NCBI GenBank assembly: GCA_028534125.1
Contig: CM052816.1
Coordinates: forward strand, 74,650,001-74,714,000
Source of the DNA: Lama glama
Taxonomy: Eukaryota
Direction: 5' to 3'
DNA: 64,000 bases
Shown here one piece after another: positions 38,370 to 52,900 of the stretch. Under the pieces are notes generated by a model that worked only from the letters and a program-made list of their open reading frames with translations, was not told the origin of the DNA and did not search any database. The translations under genes and the position numbers were made by a program. How positions within the stretch are numbered: position 1 is the stretch's first letter; every line of letters starts with the position of its first letter.

Positions 38370-39010
38370 AACCCTCAACACCTCTTCTCCATTCTTACTT
38401 TTAACTGGTGACCTTGCTTCTAAGTTCATTAAGAAAATTGAAGTAATCAGAGGAGAGGTTCCACAGACCTACCTGCCGCCATCACTGCCACTACATCTAC
38501 CCACCTTCCAGCATCTGTCCATGTACACCGGTCATGATGGAGCAATTGTCCCACTCCTACTAAAGCTAGACTCGTTTCTTGTGCACAAGATTCCATGTCA
38601 TCTCCCTCAGGACACTGCTGTCTCTCTTCTCTCCTACTATCAAGTTTTGCTCTCTCCTAAATCATTCCTGTAAGGGGGCAGACAGATAGTCATCATTTCT
38701 GTATTAAGAAGAAATCTATTCTTGATCCCACTTCCCCTTCTAGCTCTCATCCCATTTTTTTCTCTGCCTTTGACAGCAAAGCTCTTTGGAAGAGCTCCTC
38801 ATACTCACTTATTTCTAATTCCTCCTCTCCAACCTCTCTTAATTTCATCCCACTTAGACATTTCCTCCACCACCCTATTCATACTGGCTTTGTCTAGGTG
38901 ATCAGTGAACTCCCCATAACTAAATCCCAGGGTCAATTCTTAGTCTTCATCTTACTTGACCTGTCAGCAGTGTTTGAAGTAACTGATTGCTCTCAACTCC
39001 TTGGTATTGA
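38370..39010 (+). mobile_element. L2 LINE body fragment
   Basis: gtgaccttgcttct...ggtcaattcttagtcttcatcttacttgacctgtcagcagtgtttga. Confidence 0.75.
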
Positions 39011-39019
39011 TTCCTCGTT

Positions 39020-39415
39020 AGGCAAGGAGAAATGCCTAGATAGCTCATTTCTTCTTCTCTTTTGGTAGCTTAGTGAGGCTGAATTGACTCAATGGAAGAT
39101 CTGGTGGACATCAGCTGCTGAGCTTCAGAGTGGACTTTCTGAGAGAGTCACTTTCTGGAGAAGGAAGCTTTCAGTGTTACATAGTAATCTAGACATTCTC
39201 GCCTAGCCCTATACATACACTGAGCATTATAGAGTGGCACCCTTCCCCGGAGTCCTGTCTGTGTAGGTGAGAGCTCAGGGTTATCACGTGTGCTCTGCTG
39301 CTTCTTGGTTTATGAGATTTTGCCCAATAAAACCTGTTCTGTGTGTAACACGATGCTCAAAAGTACTGTGTGCGTAAGACTCCTTTGCTATCAACTGGCT
39401 CCCAAAGCTCTTCAC
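39020..39415 (+). mobile_element. Possible ancient LTR fragment interrupting L2
   Basis: LTR-like composition with aataaaacc followed by GT-rich sequence; family not identified. Confidence 0.35.
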
Positions 39416-40097
39416 TCAAATGTTTTTTTCTGTCACTTTCATGGCCACTCCCTTAATGATTTCCTCCAGCCTCACAACTTTGATTCCTAAGCCAGACCTC
39501 TGTATTGACAATGAGGGGGCAAGAGTGAGAATGCTGGGATGCTGGTAATGTTCTAAACCTAGATATGGGTGATGGTTAAATGTGCATGTAAGAATTCATT
39601 GAGTTGTACTCTTTTTATTGGTTCATATTTCTGTAGGCAGGCTATGCTTCAGTAACAGCTTATCTAAGAAAGTCATGCTGGAGGTTGTATCTTATCTTCA
39701 AATTGGAAACAGTAATATTTTACTTCATAGGAATATTATATAACATATATATAAATATCTGTCAGTTTGTAAGACAGTGAATAAATTTTACTTAATTCCC
39801 TCATATTTTCTCCCCTTAACATAGTAAGATCTACTTCTTTTTCTGTAAGCAAAGGTTCTCATGCATTTAAAGAACTAGTGGGTTTTAAGGAGGCTAGTTT
39901 TGCCACAGGCTAGGCCACTGACTAACAATGGAAACGTTAGTAATGGATGGCAGCAATCTTGAGGTCAAAGGAACATTGATTCTAAGAAGGAACTTTTCAA
40001 GATATAGGTCATAAAGTATGTATCTGATTAAAAGAAAGAAGATGTGTATGTATGTGTGTGTGTGTGTGTGTGTTTGTATGGTTTAAAAAATGAGACA

Positions 40098-40710
40098 TGA
40101 AAACAGTATGGAGATTCCTCAAAAAACTGAAAATAGACTTACTATATGATCCAGCAATCCCACTCTTGAGCACATATCCAGAGGGAACCTTAATTCAACA
40201 AGACACATGCACTCCAATGTTCATAGCAGCACTATTTACAGTAGCCAAGACATGGAAACAACCTAAATGTCCATCAACAGATGACTAGATAAAGAAGTTG
40301 TGGTATATTTATACAATAGAATACTAATGAGCCATAAAAAAGAACAAAACAATGTCATTTGCAGCAACATGGATGGACCTAGAGATTGTCATTCCAAGCG
40401 AAGTAAACCAGAAAGAGAAAGAAAAATATCATATGATATCACTCATATGTGGAATCTAAAAAGAAAAAAGAAAAAAAGTGGACAGTAATGAACTCATCTA
40501 CAAAACAGAAACAAACTCTCAGACATAGTAAACAATCTTACAGTTACCAGGGGAAAAGGGGTGGGAAGGGATAAATTTGGGAGTTTGAGATGTGCAAATG
40601 TTAGCTACTATATATAAAAATAGATTTAAAAAAAATTTCTTCCGTATAGCATAGGGAACTGTATTCAATATCTTATAATAACCTTTCATGAAAAAGAACA
40701 TGAAAATGAA

Positions 40711-40769
<59 letters not shown>

Positions 40770-40830
40770 GACTGGGACATTGTGCTGTATACCAGAAACT
40801 GACACATTGTAACTGACTGTACTTCAGTTT
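40098..40830 (+). mobile_element. Young lineage-specific L1, 5'-truncated, with internal (TA)n
   Basis: Translation [23 protein letters not shown]...[23 protein letters not shown]; direct repeat gtttaaaaaatgagaca at 40081-40097 and 40827-40843; (TA)n at ~40719-40763. Confidence 0.96.
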
Positions 40831-41059
40831 AAAAAATGAGACAAATTAATCTATACTCATCTGGAATACTGAGTAAAAGAGTGAAGTGCTGATTAGTGTG
40901 TAGAGTATATGACTATACTATATTGTGTGTGTGTGTGTATTTGCGTGTGAGCACACATGTACAGTAGATCTTTAAATGTTTGCACATGGAAAGAAAGATA
41001 ACCAAGATACTGACTGCCTCTGTGAACAAAAGTTCACAGGCTAAGGATAGAAAGGAGTA

Positions 41060-41225
41060 AAGCATTAGGGACAGGGTTCCCTGATACCAGGCAGCCACTG
41101 TACCAGCTCTGGACTGCCTACTCCAATATTTTCATACGAAAGAAAAATAAAACTCTAAGTTGTTTAAACCATTGCTATTGTGAGATATCTGTCATAGGTG
41201 GTTGAACCAAATCTCAACCACCACA
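41060..41225 (+). mobile_element. MLT1-type LTR 3' fragment
   Basis: ccagctctggactgcctac...agaaaaataaaactct...ttgtttaaacca. Confidence 0.6.
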
Positions 41226-41844
41226 ACTTCATTTTGTACTGATTATTTTTTTACCATGAGTAGGTATTTTTTGAACATTGGAATAAAAATGAAACATTGC
41301 TATTTGAAAGAAATCTATGCTAAGAAACCAAAAGTAGATTAACTGACAAAGACTAAGAAACCTAGGAAAAGATGTAAGACTTTCATATGCGAAAAGGTCA
41401 GGGAGTTGATTTAGGTGAAGTTGACACATAGGTGAATTTGCCCTTGGTGTCCTGTCAATTGCCTTCATCCTCATTTCTCTTCTTCTATAATCTCTTTTCC
41501 CACTCCTGTTCCTGGTCATTCTCCCCAACCGTATCTTTCTAAGTTCCATTCTTGTTCTTTGTTGATTTCCATAAATGCCCACTTAAGAATTCACAGTTAA
41601 CTAGCAGGAGAGTTAAAGTGAACTATTACCCTTGGTCATCTGCTGGGATTGAAGAGAGGTAGACCTATATGGAATGAGGGACTCTGTTGTAGCAGGAAGA
41701 ACCTTCTTATCATTCTTGTCTCTTCTTGATATACAGTCCATGTTAAGGCACTGTTTTTCAATCAGTGGCAAATGGCCCATTAATAGTTGTACAATAAGAT
41801 TAAGAGGACCATGACCAGATTAAAAAATAAGAAACCGAATAGAA

Positions 41845-42322
41845 TAATGTTTGTTTGTAATAGACTCAAACTGGAAACAACACAATCCATACTGGCATAT
41901 TAATGGATAAACAAATGGTGGTATATCCATACAATGGACTATTACTCAACAAGAAGAAGAATGAATATTGACACATACAACAACATAGATAAATCTCAGA
42001 ATAATGACATAACTAGTGAAAGTAGCCAGGTCAAAAAGTGCATACTTTATGATTCCATATTTATAAAAATCTAGAATGTGAAAACTAATCGATAGTGACA
42101 GAAAGCTATCAGTGGTTTTCTGTGGAAAAGGTAAGGAAGACAGCAGAGAGGAGGGGATAACAAAGGGATGTGAGAAAACGTTTAAGAATATTTGATATTT
42201 TCATTATCTTGATTGTGCTTATGTCTCCATGAGTGTGTACATGATTCAAAACATATTAAATTGTATACTTTAAATATGTATAGTTTGTTATTTATCAATC
42301 ATACCTCAACAAAGCTGTTAAA
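41845..42322 (+). mobile_element. Old L1 3' end (L1MD/L1ME-like)
   Basis: aactggaaacaac...ggataaacaaatggtggtatatccatacaatgg...tcaatcatacctcaacaaagctg. Confidence 0.8.
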
Positions 42323-42814
42323 GAAATTGGAAATATCAAAGTGTTTCACACAGTAACTTTAAATTTTGTTTCATGAAAATTTTCTTTCAGTGTATGTGTG
42401 TATGTGTGTGTGTGGATGTACTGCACTTGTATTTGTATCAATTCTCTCTCTCTTTTCAAAATACTATTTTCTAATTAGTTAATTTCTGTCCTTAAGCATG
42501 TTTCTTGCACTACCCTCCTACTTTTTTTCCTTGTCCTAAATTCTGGAATTAAGTACATAATTCATTTATCTTTGTTATCATGCTTTTAAGAATAAAATAA
42601 CTTAAGGCTATAAATATATCAAGGGCTTCTCATATATTATTTTAATGTAGTGTTCTCTGTGTCATTAGCTTGTTTTGGCTTTCTTTTTTGACCTGAACAC
42701 AGAATAATTAAGAGTACTTTGAAAACTATTTTTACTTGAAGTTTAATTTCTAATTTTATTGCACTGTGCTCAGAGAATGTGCCCTGATCAGCTGTTTCTA
42801 ATTGGAGTGAAATG

Positions 42815-43075
42815 TTCTGGGATAGAGTATATTAATGTCATTAAGAGAATAGCTCTGAAGTCACATACACTGGAGTTAGAATTCTGTTTCTCCAACTACA
42901 ATTATAATTTTAGGGGCACAAATTAGATATGTTCTTTAAGTTTCAGCTCCTGCATCCTTAAATCTGTCCAGGAATGTCTATCACATTGTATTGCTACAAG
43001 GATTAAATGGGATGATACATGCTCTTGGCATAATGGCGGGCCTGAAATGGAACTAAACACATATTAGCTAACTAA
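42815..43075 (+). mobile_element. MIR SINE within degraded minus-strand L1 sequence
   Basis: ttaagagaatagctctgaagtcac...aaggattaaatgggatgatacatg. Confidence 0.6.
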
Positions 43076-44284
43076 TATTAACACTGTCAATTCTTTTTCT
43101 GACTAGGAAATAATGTTTGTTCTAACTTGTGGTCTCAGAGTACAACACTTAATCTAATTTATAGAACATCTTTAGTAATTATATTACTTAAGTCAGCTAT
43201 TTCATTTTTTTTTTCTATTTCAGAATGGTCTGTTAAACTCTCCCATTAAAATTGTATTTTTTCAAGGACTTGTTTTTGGTAATCACTTCCTTGTATATTT
43301 CAGTGATCTGACATTTGCTCCACAAAGTTTCATGATTATAATATCTTCTTTGGGATTATATCTTGACTCAGTATAAAGTGGTGACCTTTCTCCACTTACT
43401 CTAGTCCTTTTAGGCTTGAATTCTATGTTGTTTCTTATAACAAAATGGTCACAGTTTTTTGTTTATTTGTTTACACTTACCTAAAAATATCTTTTTGATT
43501 TAAATCTTTATGTTATACTCTTAAGCCCATTTTTTAAAGACCATGAAGATGGAATTTGATAAATCTGTTAGCTTTTGTATTTTAATAGAGAGTGTCAATA
43601 CAGTTTTGTTAAGGATTATGTATGTCTTTCTGTATTAATGCTTCTTACAGGTTTCTTTTTTACTCTGGTATTTAATTGTGTGTTTTTAAATTCAATTGAT
43701 TTCTAAAATATACTATTTGGGATTATTTTTATGAGAAAACTTAGATCTATTTTTCTATGATTATGAATACCAAGAATACAAAGATTTCCATTGACACACC
43801 TGTAAAATAATTTTGCTTTTTCCTCCCTCTCTCAATTTCTCAGTTTCATTGACTTCATATATTATTCAAATTGAGAATCACTTTGATATGATTCTTATAT
43901 TTTACAAGTTTGCTTTTAATATTTGCATTGGATTTTTTAAACATTTATAAACAACAATGATATTTTTAAAGTCTCTGGTTTGCTAGTTTTATTGTTTTTT
44001 CACAGTTCATTTATTTTCCTCATGCTTGAGTTCTTCATCTCTTAAACAGCTCCAGCAAATCTTTAAGTAATGTTTCAAGGGATGGTATCTAGATAGGATA
44101 TTTTTTAAAACCTTTTCTTTTCTGTTCTTTGATGAGTATTTGGATGACTACACTCAAATCTTTCTTCAATTCAAGAAATGTTTTACTTGACTGTTGTTTG
44201 TTTGATCATGGACTTTGCAGAGTATGCTCTGTACTTTTCTTCCTTGAATTCCCATTAAACTCATTTTGTTCTATTTTCAGTCTA

Positions 44285-44565
44285 TGTGCTGGGTAGTCTC
44301 CAACTGCCCCTCAGATCAGTTTGTTCCTCAGCCCTTCTCTGTCCTGTTATGTGTCTTAGAAAGCCAATCCCTAAGAAATACATTATCCAGTCTCTCTTGC
44401 CCCCTGGTTCTGGATGTCAGAAGGAACCAGCAGATCAGAAGGAATGAGGAGTGAGGCTGAGGTATTTATTCACCCTGCTCCCTTCCTACAGGCCTCAGTT
44501 GGGAGAGGGGCTGCATTCCTCTACCAAATGTCACAGCTCATGCTGGGTGGCACCTCTCCTAGGGT
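44285..44565 (+). mobile_element. LTR33-like (ERVL) fragment
   Basis: cagcagatcagaagga...gagtgaggctgaggtatttattcaccctgctcccttcct...ggctgcattcctctacc. Confidence 0.6.
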
Positions 44566-46469
44566 TAATGGAGGACGAAGATAACAATGTCATATAAAAA
44601 TGTACAAATTAAATAATTAAAGTTTGGAATACTTCCTGTGAGTCAATAAATGGGGTGTTGCACAGAATACCCTAAGGAGGCTGCTTAGAGAGTCTGGGCA
44701 AGAAAAGCTTTTCTCTGGAAATAACACTGAAGCTAAAAGATGCATAGGACGAGTGACACGAAAGGCTGATGAGAGAATAGTACCCACAGAAGGAACTGTA
44801 GAGCAAGAAGCTTTGGGTGTTCTGGGAATGAATAAAAAAATGTCCAGTGTAGCTGAAGCATAGTCATGGCAGTAGATGAAGATGAAGACAGGGATTTAAA
44901 GTGCAATGGAAAGCTACTTGAAAGATGGTCCGACCAGCTAGCTGGCTGTTATAGGAGTTGGTGTCAGAGATGTGGTTTGGACTAAGGTGAGAGCAGCAGA
45001 TTATCCCTTTTTCCTTTCAGACTTTTTGCAGCTCTAAGATTTTTCAGTCTTATGTCTTTTATTCCAGTCTAGATTTCAAACAACTAAAAATACATTAAAA
45101 ACACTCAAAGAGTGCCTCTTGTTCCAGTACCTCTTTCTCAGCTGCTTGATCTTAGGAAATTTTTGCTTGTCTCACCTTCAGTGCCAGATTCGGTTCTGCT
45201 TTAAAGGAGAGCATTAGGGCCTTTTTGGTTCATGCACTGTTTGGTTCAGATACTTTCAGAAACACTGTCAGCAACTGAAAGGTCTGTCTTTATTTCTTTT
45301 ATCCCTTAGCCCCAGCCATGTCCACTGACTTACCTTACTTTCCATGCATATTTTGGTTAAAAAATATGCAGTGATTTAGACTCTACTTCCAGCTAACTGC
45401 TGGTCTTTCACAGAGGCTGCGCCTTCTAGTCAAGGTTATTCCTTATCATCGTATGATGGCAGCAGGAAGAAAGTAGATGGCGAGCCTCCAAAGTCCTTGA
45501 AGAGCAAGGTCTTCTCTGTATTTCTTTCATACCCTTCAAAATGCAAGGCTGAGTCCAGCGCTAGTCATGGGCCTGGTGCCAGATCTGTGAGTGGGTGAGT
45601 GGACATCTCAGAGCTAGGCTTACAAGGTCTCTACACAGCAAATTGTAGCAGTCACTCTTTTTATCTAATGGCAGACTTGATGTTCAATAGTCTTAACTCA
45701 TTTAAACCTACTTCAGGCTTAAGGGGGAACTAAACCTCTTCTGCTCCACCCCAAGGCAAGGCACTATTCCTTGGTTTGCCTGGCTCTTGGTGAGCTTATT
45801 GCCTTTTCTAAAACTCATTCTTCATTTCATTCAGGCAGGGCCCCAGTTCTAGAAAATTTGGCAGTAATCCCCAAATGCTTTGCATATGTTTTCCTGTAAG
45901 GACTGGGAGAGACATAAACAAATTTGGGGGCAGCCACATCTATCCTAGAGTATAATATGGAAAGTATGAATGTTAAACTTTATCATGGTCCTCCCTTATA
46001 TACTATGAAAATGAGTTTTACTTCATATATCCAATACCTAAATGAAGCAAATGTAGGCCAGGAAAAAAATGTAAGCTCCATTAAAAGCGGACAATAGTTC
46101 TTAGAACACCTACCTTCTACTCTCTCTCAGTTTGACTTGAGAATTAATTGGTATTAAACGAAAGATCTTTCCAAAGAAAGAGCTTATCTGTTATAGGAGG
46201 ACAGCTATGGCTTCATGGGCTTTATCTGCCTGTAAGTTCCTGAGTCAGCTTTAGCAGAGTCAAGGCAGTTAGTTGCCTAGGGAAATACCTCAGTGGTCAG
46301 AAGAGCTGAAATGACTGGATTTCCATGCTGCAGTGTTATCACATTGATTTTCTATTATCAAGCTGAATAAATGTTTCAAAAAAGGTTAACCAATGAAACA
46401 CAAGCATGGCATAATGATTATAAGTTTGTGGAGCTGTGGACCTAAGTGTTTGGATGGAAACTATAGGAT

Positions 46470-46913
46470 ACATAAGAAAAACTTTGCCCTTGGGAGTCTT
46501 TTTCCCTAGAAGGTGGGAACTGTGACTTGCTCCTAACCAACAGAATACAGCAGATAAACAATAAAACCAAAAGAAAGAGATGGAAGGAAAGGAGTTGACT
46601 GAAATAACTTTGGGAAACAGTGTATTGACTGAATAGTGTAATTTTAAAAATAAAAGAACTGTATACAAACATTTCGCTGTAGTTGGAAAATTTATTTCTC
46701 TCAAGGATATGGGTTAGGAATTCTGAAACTACTTTGTTTTTATGCTACAGTTGATTATTAAGCATATATGCTATAAGAAGAGCCAGATTTCTCATTTTCA
46801 GAGAAAGAAGTTACAAATGAGAAAAAGGAGAAAGTTGAATAAACCCTATAAAGGTAGAATGGTGTCAGAGGCATCAAAATGAACTCACATTTAGTTTAAA
46901 ATAGGTATACAGA

Positions 46914-46960
<47 letters not shown>

Positions 46961-48305
46961 CTTAATAGATTAGCTTTATCCACTGGAAGTGGCAGGAATA
47001 GTGGTATTCCACACAGCAGTGAGCACATCTAGTACCCATAACTTGTTTTCTAAATACCATTCTCCAATGAAAAGAACTGGGACTCCTTGGAAAACTGGTT
47101 TATTCCAGGACTGAGTCAAGGAAAACACAAAATTATCTTGAGCATCTTATGGTGTCTGAAGTAAAGAAAGTGCTCAAAAAAAAAAAAAAAAGAAGAAAGA
47201 AAGAATTGAGGCACATCAAAAGAGTACATTTTAAGAATTCTAAAAAATGCTTCCAATGGCCAAATTTGGAACAGCCTGAGTAACAGAATAAATGTTAATA
47301 TGCATTATAGCCCAAAGAATAAAATATATATCCATGGGTTCATACTAATATAAATATAAATAAATAAATGATCTAGAAGTGACAACTCTTCCTTACAGAA
47401 GTTCAATTAATATGTGCAAAGAAATGAAGGATATAAGTCACCAGTAGAATATCATAGTAAGAATTGCTGTAGGCAAAGTCCACTACAGTTGCTTAAGTCT
47501 ATTGCCCAAAGTTTAACTAAAACAGGATTTTTACATAATCTCAAAGTATCTCTTTCAAAATATTTAGTAATCACAAAGGAAAATTACTATTTTACAAGGT
47601 TCCACCTTAGCCAAATGATGAAGGTTAATATCTCCAGTATTAGTAACTACATCATGATCCCTGATGTGAAACCCTGAAAAGGGCATATCACCCCTGTGGA
47701 ATATATAGCCTCAATATAACTATAAACAACATTAGACAAACCCAAGTTGAGGGACATTCTTCAAAAGAACTAACCAGCACACTTCAAAAATGTCAAGGTC
47801 ATAAGAGAAGACTAAGGAACTGTCGAGATTGGAGGAGACCAGGAGACATTACATCTGAATTAGGGGAAAGAGGGCAAACTTTTCTGTAAAGAGACAGTAA
47901 ATATTTCAGATTTTGTAGGGTATGTAGTATTCATCACTATCATTCTTGTGTCAAAGTAGACAGAAATAATATGGGAAGACATGATCATGGCTGTGTTCCA
48001 ATAAAAACTTTATTTATAATATGAGACAGTGGGCCAGATTTGGACTGGGGGGCCAGAGTTTTGCTGACCTCTGATCTAAGTGTAATGTAGGATCCTGGTG
48101 TAGAAAAAGGAGAGTGAGTGGAAATAAACTGGTAAAATCTGAATTAGCTCTGTTCACTGGTTAATTATACCAAGATTAATTTTTTAGTTTTCATAAATAT
48201 TCTATGGTTTTATCAAATGTAAACATTAGAGAAAGCTGGGGGAATGTGACATAAAAATTCTGTATAATTTTGCAATTCTTCTGTACGTCTAAAATTTTTT
48301 TAAAC
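46470..48305 (+). mobile_element. L1MC4-like 3' region with nested MER58A and (TAAA)n
   Basis: agacaaacccaagttgagggacattct...aatgtcaaggtca...ggatcctgg...ggtaaaatctgaat; (TAAA)n at ~46913-46960. Confidence 0.75.
47861..48073. mobile_element. MER58A hAT-Charlie MITE
   Basis: gcaaacttttctgtaaag...ggctgtgttccaataaaaactttattta...gggccagatttgg...tgctgacctctg; degenerate 8-bp TSD atctgaat / atctaagt. Confidence 0.85.
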
Positions 48306-49144
48306 TCCAAGAAACCAATTAGGCAAATGCATACATACATACATAGATACATATATACATATCTGGAATTTTAAGTTCCTAGGAAAGGGAAGAGGTATGG
48401 TTAGTTATTGCAGGAAGTCAACACAAACTTGGCCAGAAGTTTGTCCTGGTGAGCTTTGAAAACTACTACAAATTGAACTCTTAGTTAAGTTTTTTTTTCC
48501 CCCAAGTACTAAAATTTTTATTTTAGTCCTCTAAGGATTTTTATTTTTAACCTATGATAACATGTGTTGGGGGCCACTTAGGAGCTTGTTAAGATAACTT
48601 ACATAAAAATTACTAATTAGTAGAGAAAACTCTCACAACTTTAAAAAACTACTAAAAGGTGCATTTATGAGCTAGTCAAAGCAGAGTTTCTTCTAATCAT
48701 CCTCAAGTGATCTTTTTATTGATTCAGGCTATACTATCAGTTTATTTAAAGGGTCTGAGGTCTTCTGTATGGTTACGAACAGAAAAAGACCTTCCCTAAA
48801 AGACAAAGGCAGACAGCTCTACATATACATATTCAGATTTCATTCTATGTTTCCTTTAAATCCACTTATAATGCTTAATTATCTTCCCAAGAAATATAGA
48901 AATATATAAATATATGGTGGGAATAGGGGTAGGGGTTGTGGCATTTGGACTTAGGCTGGAATTGAAATACCATTTCTTCTCTTGGCAGGAATCCATATAT
49001 ATATCTGCCTAACATTTTTTTTTGGTTTCTGTACTGTTAAACCATACTTGTAGGATCTTAGAAGATCACTTACCTTGGAAGTACCTGAATTCATCAGCCA
49101 ATCAACAAAGCCTTTATTAAGTAACTACTATGTAATAACTCTTA

Positions 49145-49900
49145 GTCCCCATCTCATCCAATGCAAATCCTCTTGGTGCTAACTCTAAAATCTATCACAA
49201 ATATAACCATTTTCCACCATCTCCTATGTCTCAGACTAGTACCAGCCACCATTATTCCTCACCCAGTCTCCTGCATCCCCTCTTACATAGTCTCCTGTGT
49301 CCACTCTTCAGTTTGCTCTTCACATAGAACTGGAAGTCAAGTCACATCACTTCCCTGATTAATATCCTCCTATATTTTCCCATTGCAATAAAAATAAATC
49401 TGAATTTTAAACTGTAATTCATATCACACCACTTTTCTGATGAATACCCTCATATTTTCCCACTGAATTAAAAATAAATTCAAAATCCTTTTCAAGGACT
49501 ATACAGTGCTACCTCTCCCTCCTGCTTACCTCTCCATTCTAATCTTGTTATTCCCTTTATCTAGACTGTTACTCCTCCAGATTTTTTATTTTTTGTGATT
49601 TCTTATTCTTATTTAGATCTCAGCTCAGATGTCAGAAAGCCTTCCAGAACTTCATATATAAAGTTGGCCCCCTCAGTCTCCATCTTATTACATTCTTTTC
49701 TTCATAGTATTTGCTACTCTTTGCATTCAGCCTGTTTGTTTCCTTTCATGCGGCTGTTTTCTTGAACTAGTCCCTGGAGGGTAGGGATTGTATCTGTCTT
49801 GCCCACCACTGTACTTCCAATGTCCAAAAGGTGCCTAGCATGACTAAATGATCCATAAATATTCCCTGATAAAAAAATAAGTGAACATGTGAATGAATTA
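49145..49900 (+). mobile_element. L2 3' region
   Basis: gagggtagggattgtatctgtcttg...gtgcctagcat...ataaatatt...gtgaatgaat. Confidence 0.7.
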
Positions 49901-52900
49901 TTGTAATATATTTTACTAAGCAACATAACAAGTGTTCAAGATTGGTTTCGGCCCTCAGAGAGTTTATAGTTTAGTAATATGCATGACTAGAGATCTGAAA
50001 GGACAAAAGGTAACGCAGGGTCAGGGTGGCTCATAAAGAGGACTGATGAATACTGAATGAGGAAATTAAAGCGGTATAATTCAAATTATGCCTTAAAGAA
50101 TAAGCAAACTTTTAAAATGCAAAAGCCTGTGGCTGCATAAGGGGTGGGTAGATTACCCTTTCCATTTGCCCCTCCAGGCCAAGGGGTTAGCAGAGGAAAG
50201 CCCATCAGTAGACAACAGAAAGTGGGAAATGCGAACCAAGAATACAGGTTTGTGAGGTCAGTTAAGAGGTCTTCTACTCATTAAATGACAACCAGAGCTA
50301 TGGAAGTGGGAGAAATTTTCAGGAGGAAGAGGGAAAGTGACACAAATGAAGGTAGAATAAATAATTACATTTAAGAAATAGGTAAACATAAAGTTACTGT
50401 GAGAAAGAGAGAAAGAGACAAAGAAGATGGTCAGAGTGGTAGCAGGAGAGCATGTGATAGAAACTCATTATCTATCAGTCCTTTCAAGTCAATTTTGAAA
50501 CTGACAAACACATTATCTGGTAGGATTTTAACCAGAAGGATTATAGAAACTGAGGGAAAAGAGGTCCAAGAATGAAGAGTTGGCCAACAGGGTCAAATAA
50601 CAAGTAGAGAGAACTGGGAATTGGATTTGGCAATCAGAAGGTTGTTGCCAACCTTCTGGGAACAGTTCTAGAGAAATGCTGGAGGCAGGAGGCAAAGTGC
50701 AATGGGATAAAGAGTGACTGGCAGGGGCTCAAATGGAGGGAAGGCAGTGAGTTTGGCTTTGGTTTTCAATAAGTTTGGTGGTGAATGGAGTTACAAAAAG
50801 GTGTGCTTTATTTTTTATTTTGTTTTGGGGTTTTGGGGTTTTGGGGGTAGCCATTGGAAATCATCTTATGGAGGGAGCACTGACAGGCCTGCTTGCATCA
50901 TTCAGTGAGTCCTGGTCATGGAAATCACTTTTGATGTGCAAACGTGCTCAGTGATGGAAGGATTCACTTTTGGTGAAATGAAGGAAAGTAAGTGGTGCCA
51001 GCCAATCTAACCTGTTAAATTTATTAAACTGAGGTAAATTTGGCTCAGAGACTTGTGCTCTGTGAAATTCATTTCTTTCTATACTCTTTCTCTTGCTTTG
51101 TGTTCTCTTAGTTTTTCCCCTTGAAGTTTTCTCTTAAAAACTTTCATTTTAGTTTGACTGAATTAAAAAGAAAATAATTTTTTTCACACTTTACTCAAGA
51201 TAGATCAGTATATAATTGGGGAAAGTGTGTGTGTGTGTATGTATTGGGTGACAGTATGACTTAAAATGATTTAAGACAGGTGGGTGAATAGAGATTGGGA
51301 CTCTATTAGGGGAAGAGGTGGGGTCAACTGTAGATACTGGTCCTTTATTACTTGTACAGTTGTTCTTACTATGTTATAGCACATAGATCAATTGACTACC
51401 AAAATGTTGGGGAGCACAAAACCTATGTTTGAATGTCTGGCTTATCCCTATGACTATAGTGATCCCAAGGACTGCATGTGGCCTTCTCCCTGCTCTGTTC
51501 ACCCTCACAGTATCTGGCATGAGATCACATACTGGGCGTGTTCTCCTATGCTGATGGCTATGACCAAGATTCACAATAGCTTTAGAATTCCTGCTGCATC
51601 TTGGTGTAGTCAGATGTGGCCTGAGGCGTGTCTTTAGACATGAAAGTCTGAATCAAGCATGACACTAATTCTGTATCTAATATGAATCCTCTTAAATTTA
51701 TAGCCAGGATCTGGAAGTTGTTTCTCCTTCCCAGGACCCAAGGCGATAGCTAATTTTTTCAGTGTGAAGGCTGTTAATGGAATTGGTTGGAGAAGAAAGC
51801 CATTGAAAACTTATTTCTAAAAAGCTAAAGTAACTGAAGAAAATGTCATTCTGTCAGTCAATAAACATGTATTTGTCATCTAGAACTTATCATGTCCTGG
51901 GGAGTTAGGTGTTTGCCATGAAAAATTAAACAAGAAGACAGTCCTTATAATGAATGAACTCTGCTCTGGTGATATAAGTGAGATGGTGGCTATGAGATAG
52001 GAAGAGCTTGTCTCTGAGAGATGTAAGTAAGAATCCTGACTGAAGAGAGCAGATGCATTAACCTGGAGGAAGGACAGACATGCATGATCTCTACAAACCC
52101 CGTAGAGGGTACTGACAGCTGTTTGGACATTACTGTAAGAGTCAAGAGCAGACGAAAGAAGACCTGGATTTAGCAGGGTTCTTCCACCCATTACTCTGGC
52201 CACCAAGGCCATGAATGTGATTCTTCTGTTGCAGGGATAATTGTGTAAAAGGAACAACTTAAACAACTGTGACATTATAAGATTTGAACAGTGGCTAAAA
52301 TGAAAGCAGAAAAACATATGAAAGCCATATTTGAGAGTGTAGTGATGAAAGCAACACAGAAGTAGTGCATTCTCCTAGCAGAGAGGGTGTTAGGACCTGC
52401 CTGCCATTTCTATTCCTTCACTTCCCTTTCATGACAACTACACGTCATCTATCACCTTACCTGTGGATTGAGGATCAGCCAGCCTATTTACATAATATTT
52501 GACTCTTTTTACTGCATTGATGACTGAAGACTTTGGCTCAACTGTAGATTCTTTCCAGGTTGCTAACACTTGTCTATGCCTGAGCTCTGATAACTAAGGC
52601 TCTTTTTCTTTTTTTCTGCTTGAAGTGGGTTTTGCTGAATTTTTCTGGTGACAATATTTTATTACTGACCACAATCTACCAGACTGAAGAACCAAGAGAA
52701 GGTGGCAAATGGGAAAGGGCAGCTGGCCTTTAGCCAAAAGCTGATTGTTTTGGTCAGAAAACCTGATTGTGTCATGCTTCAAACAAGCTGGTCTGTAAGG
52801 ATACATTTAACCCAATGCTATATATCTGTACTAAGTTCAGAATCAAACTATGTGGTATAGCTGCCTAGTATCCAGTGAGAGACACCAATCTCTATGAATT

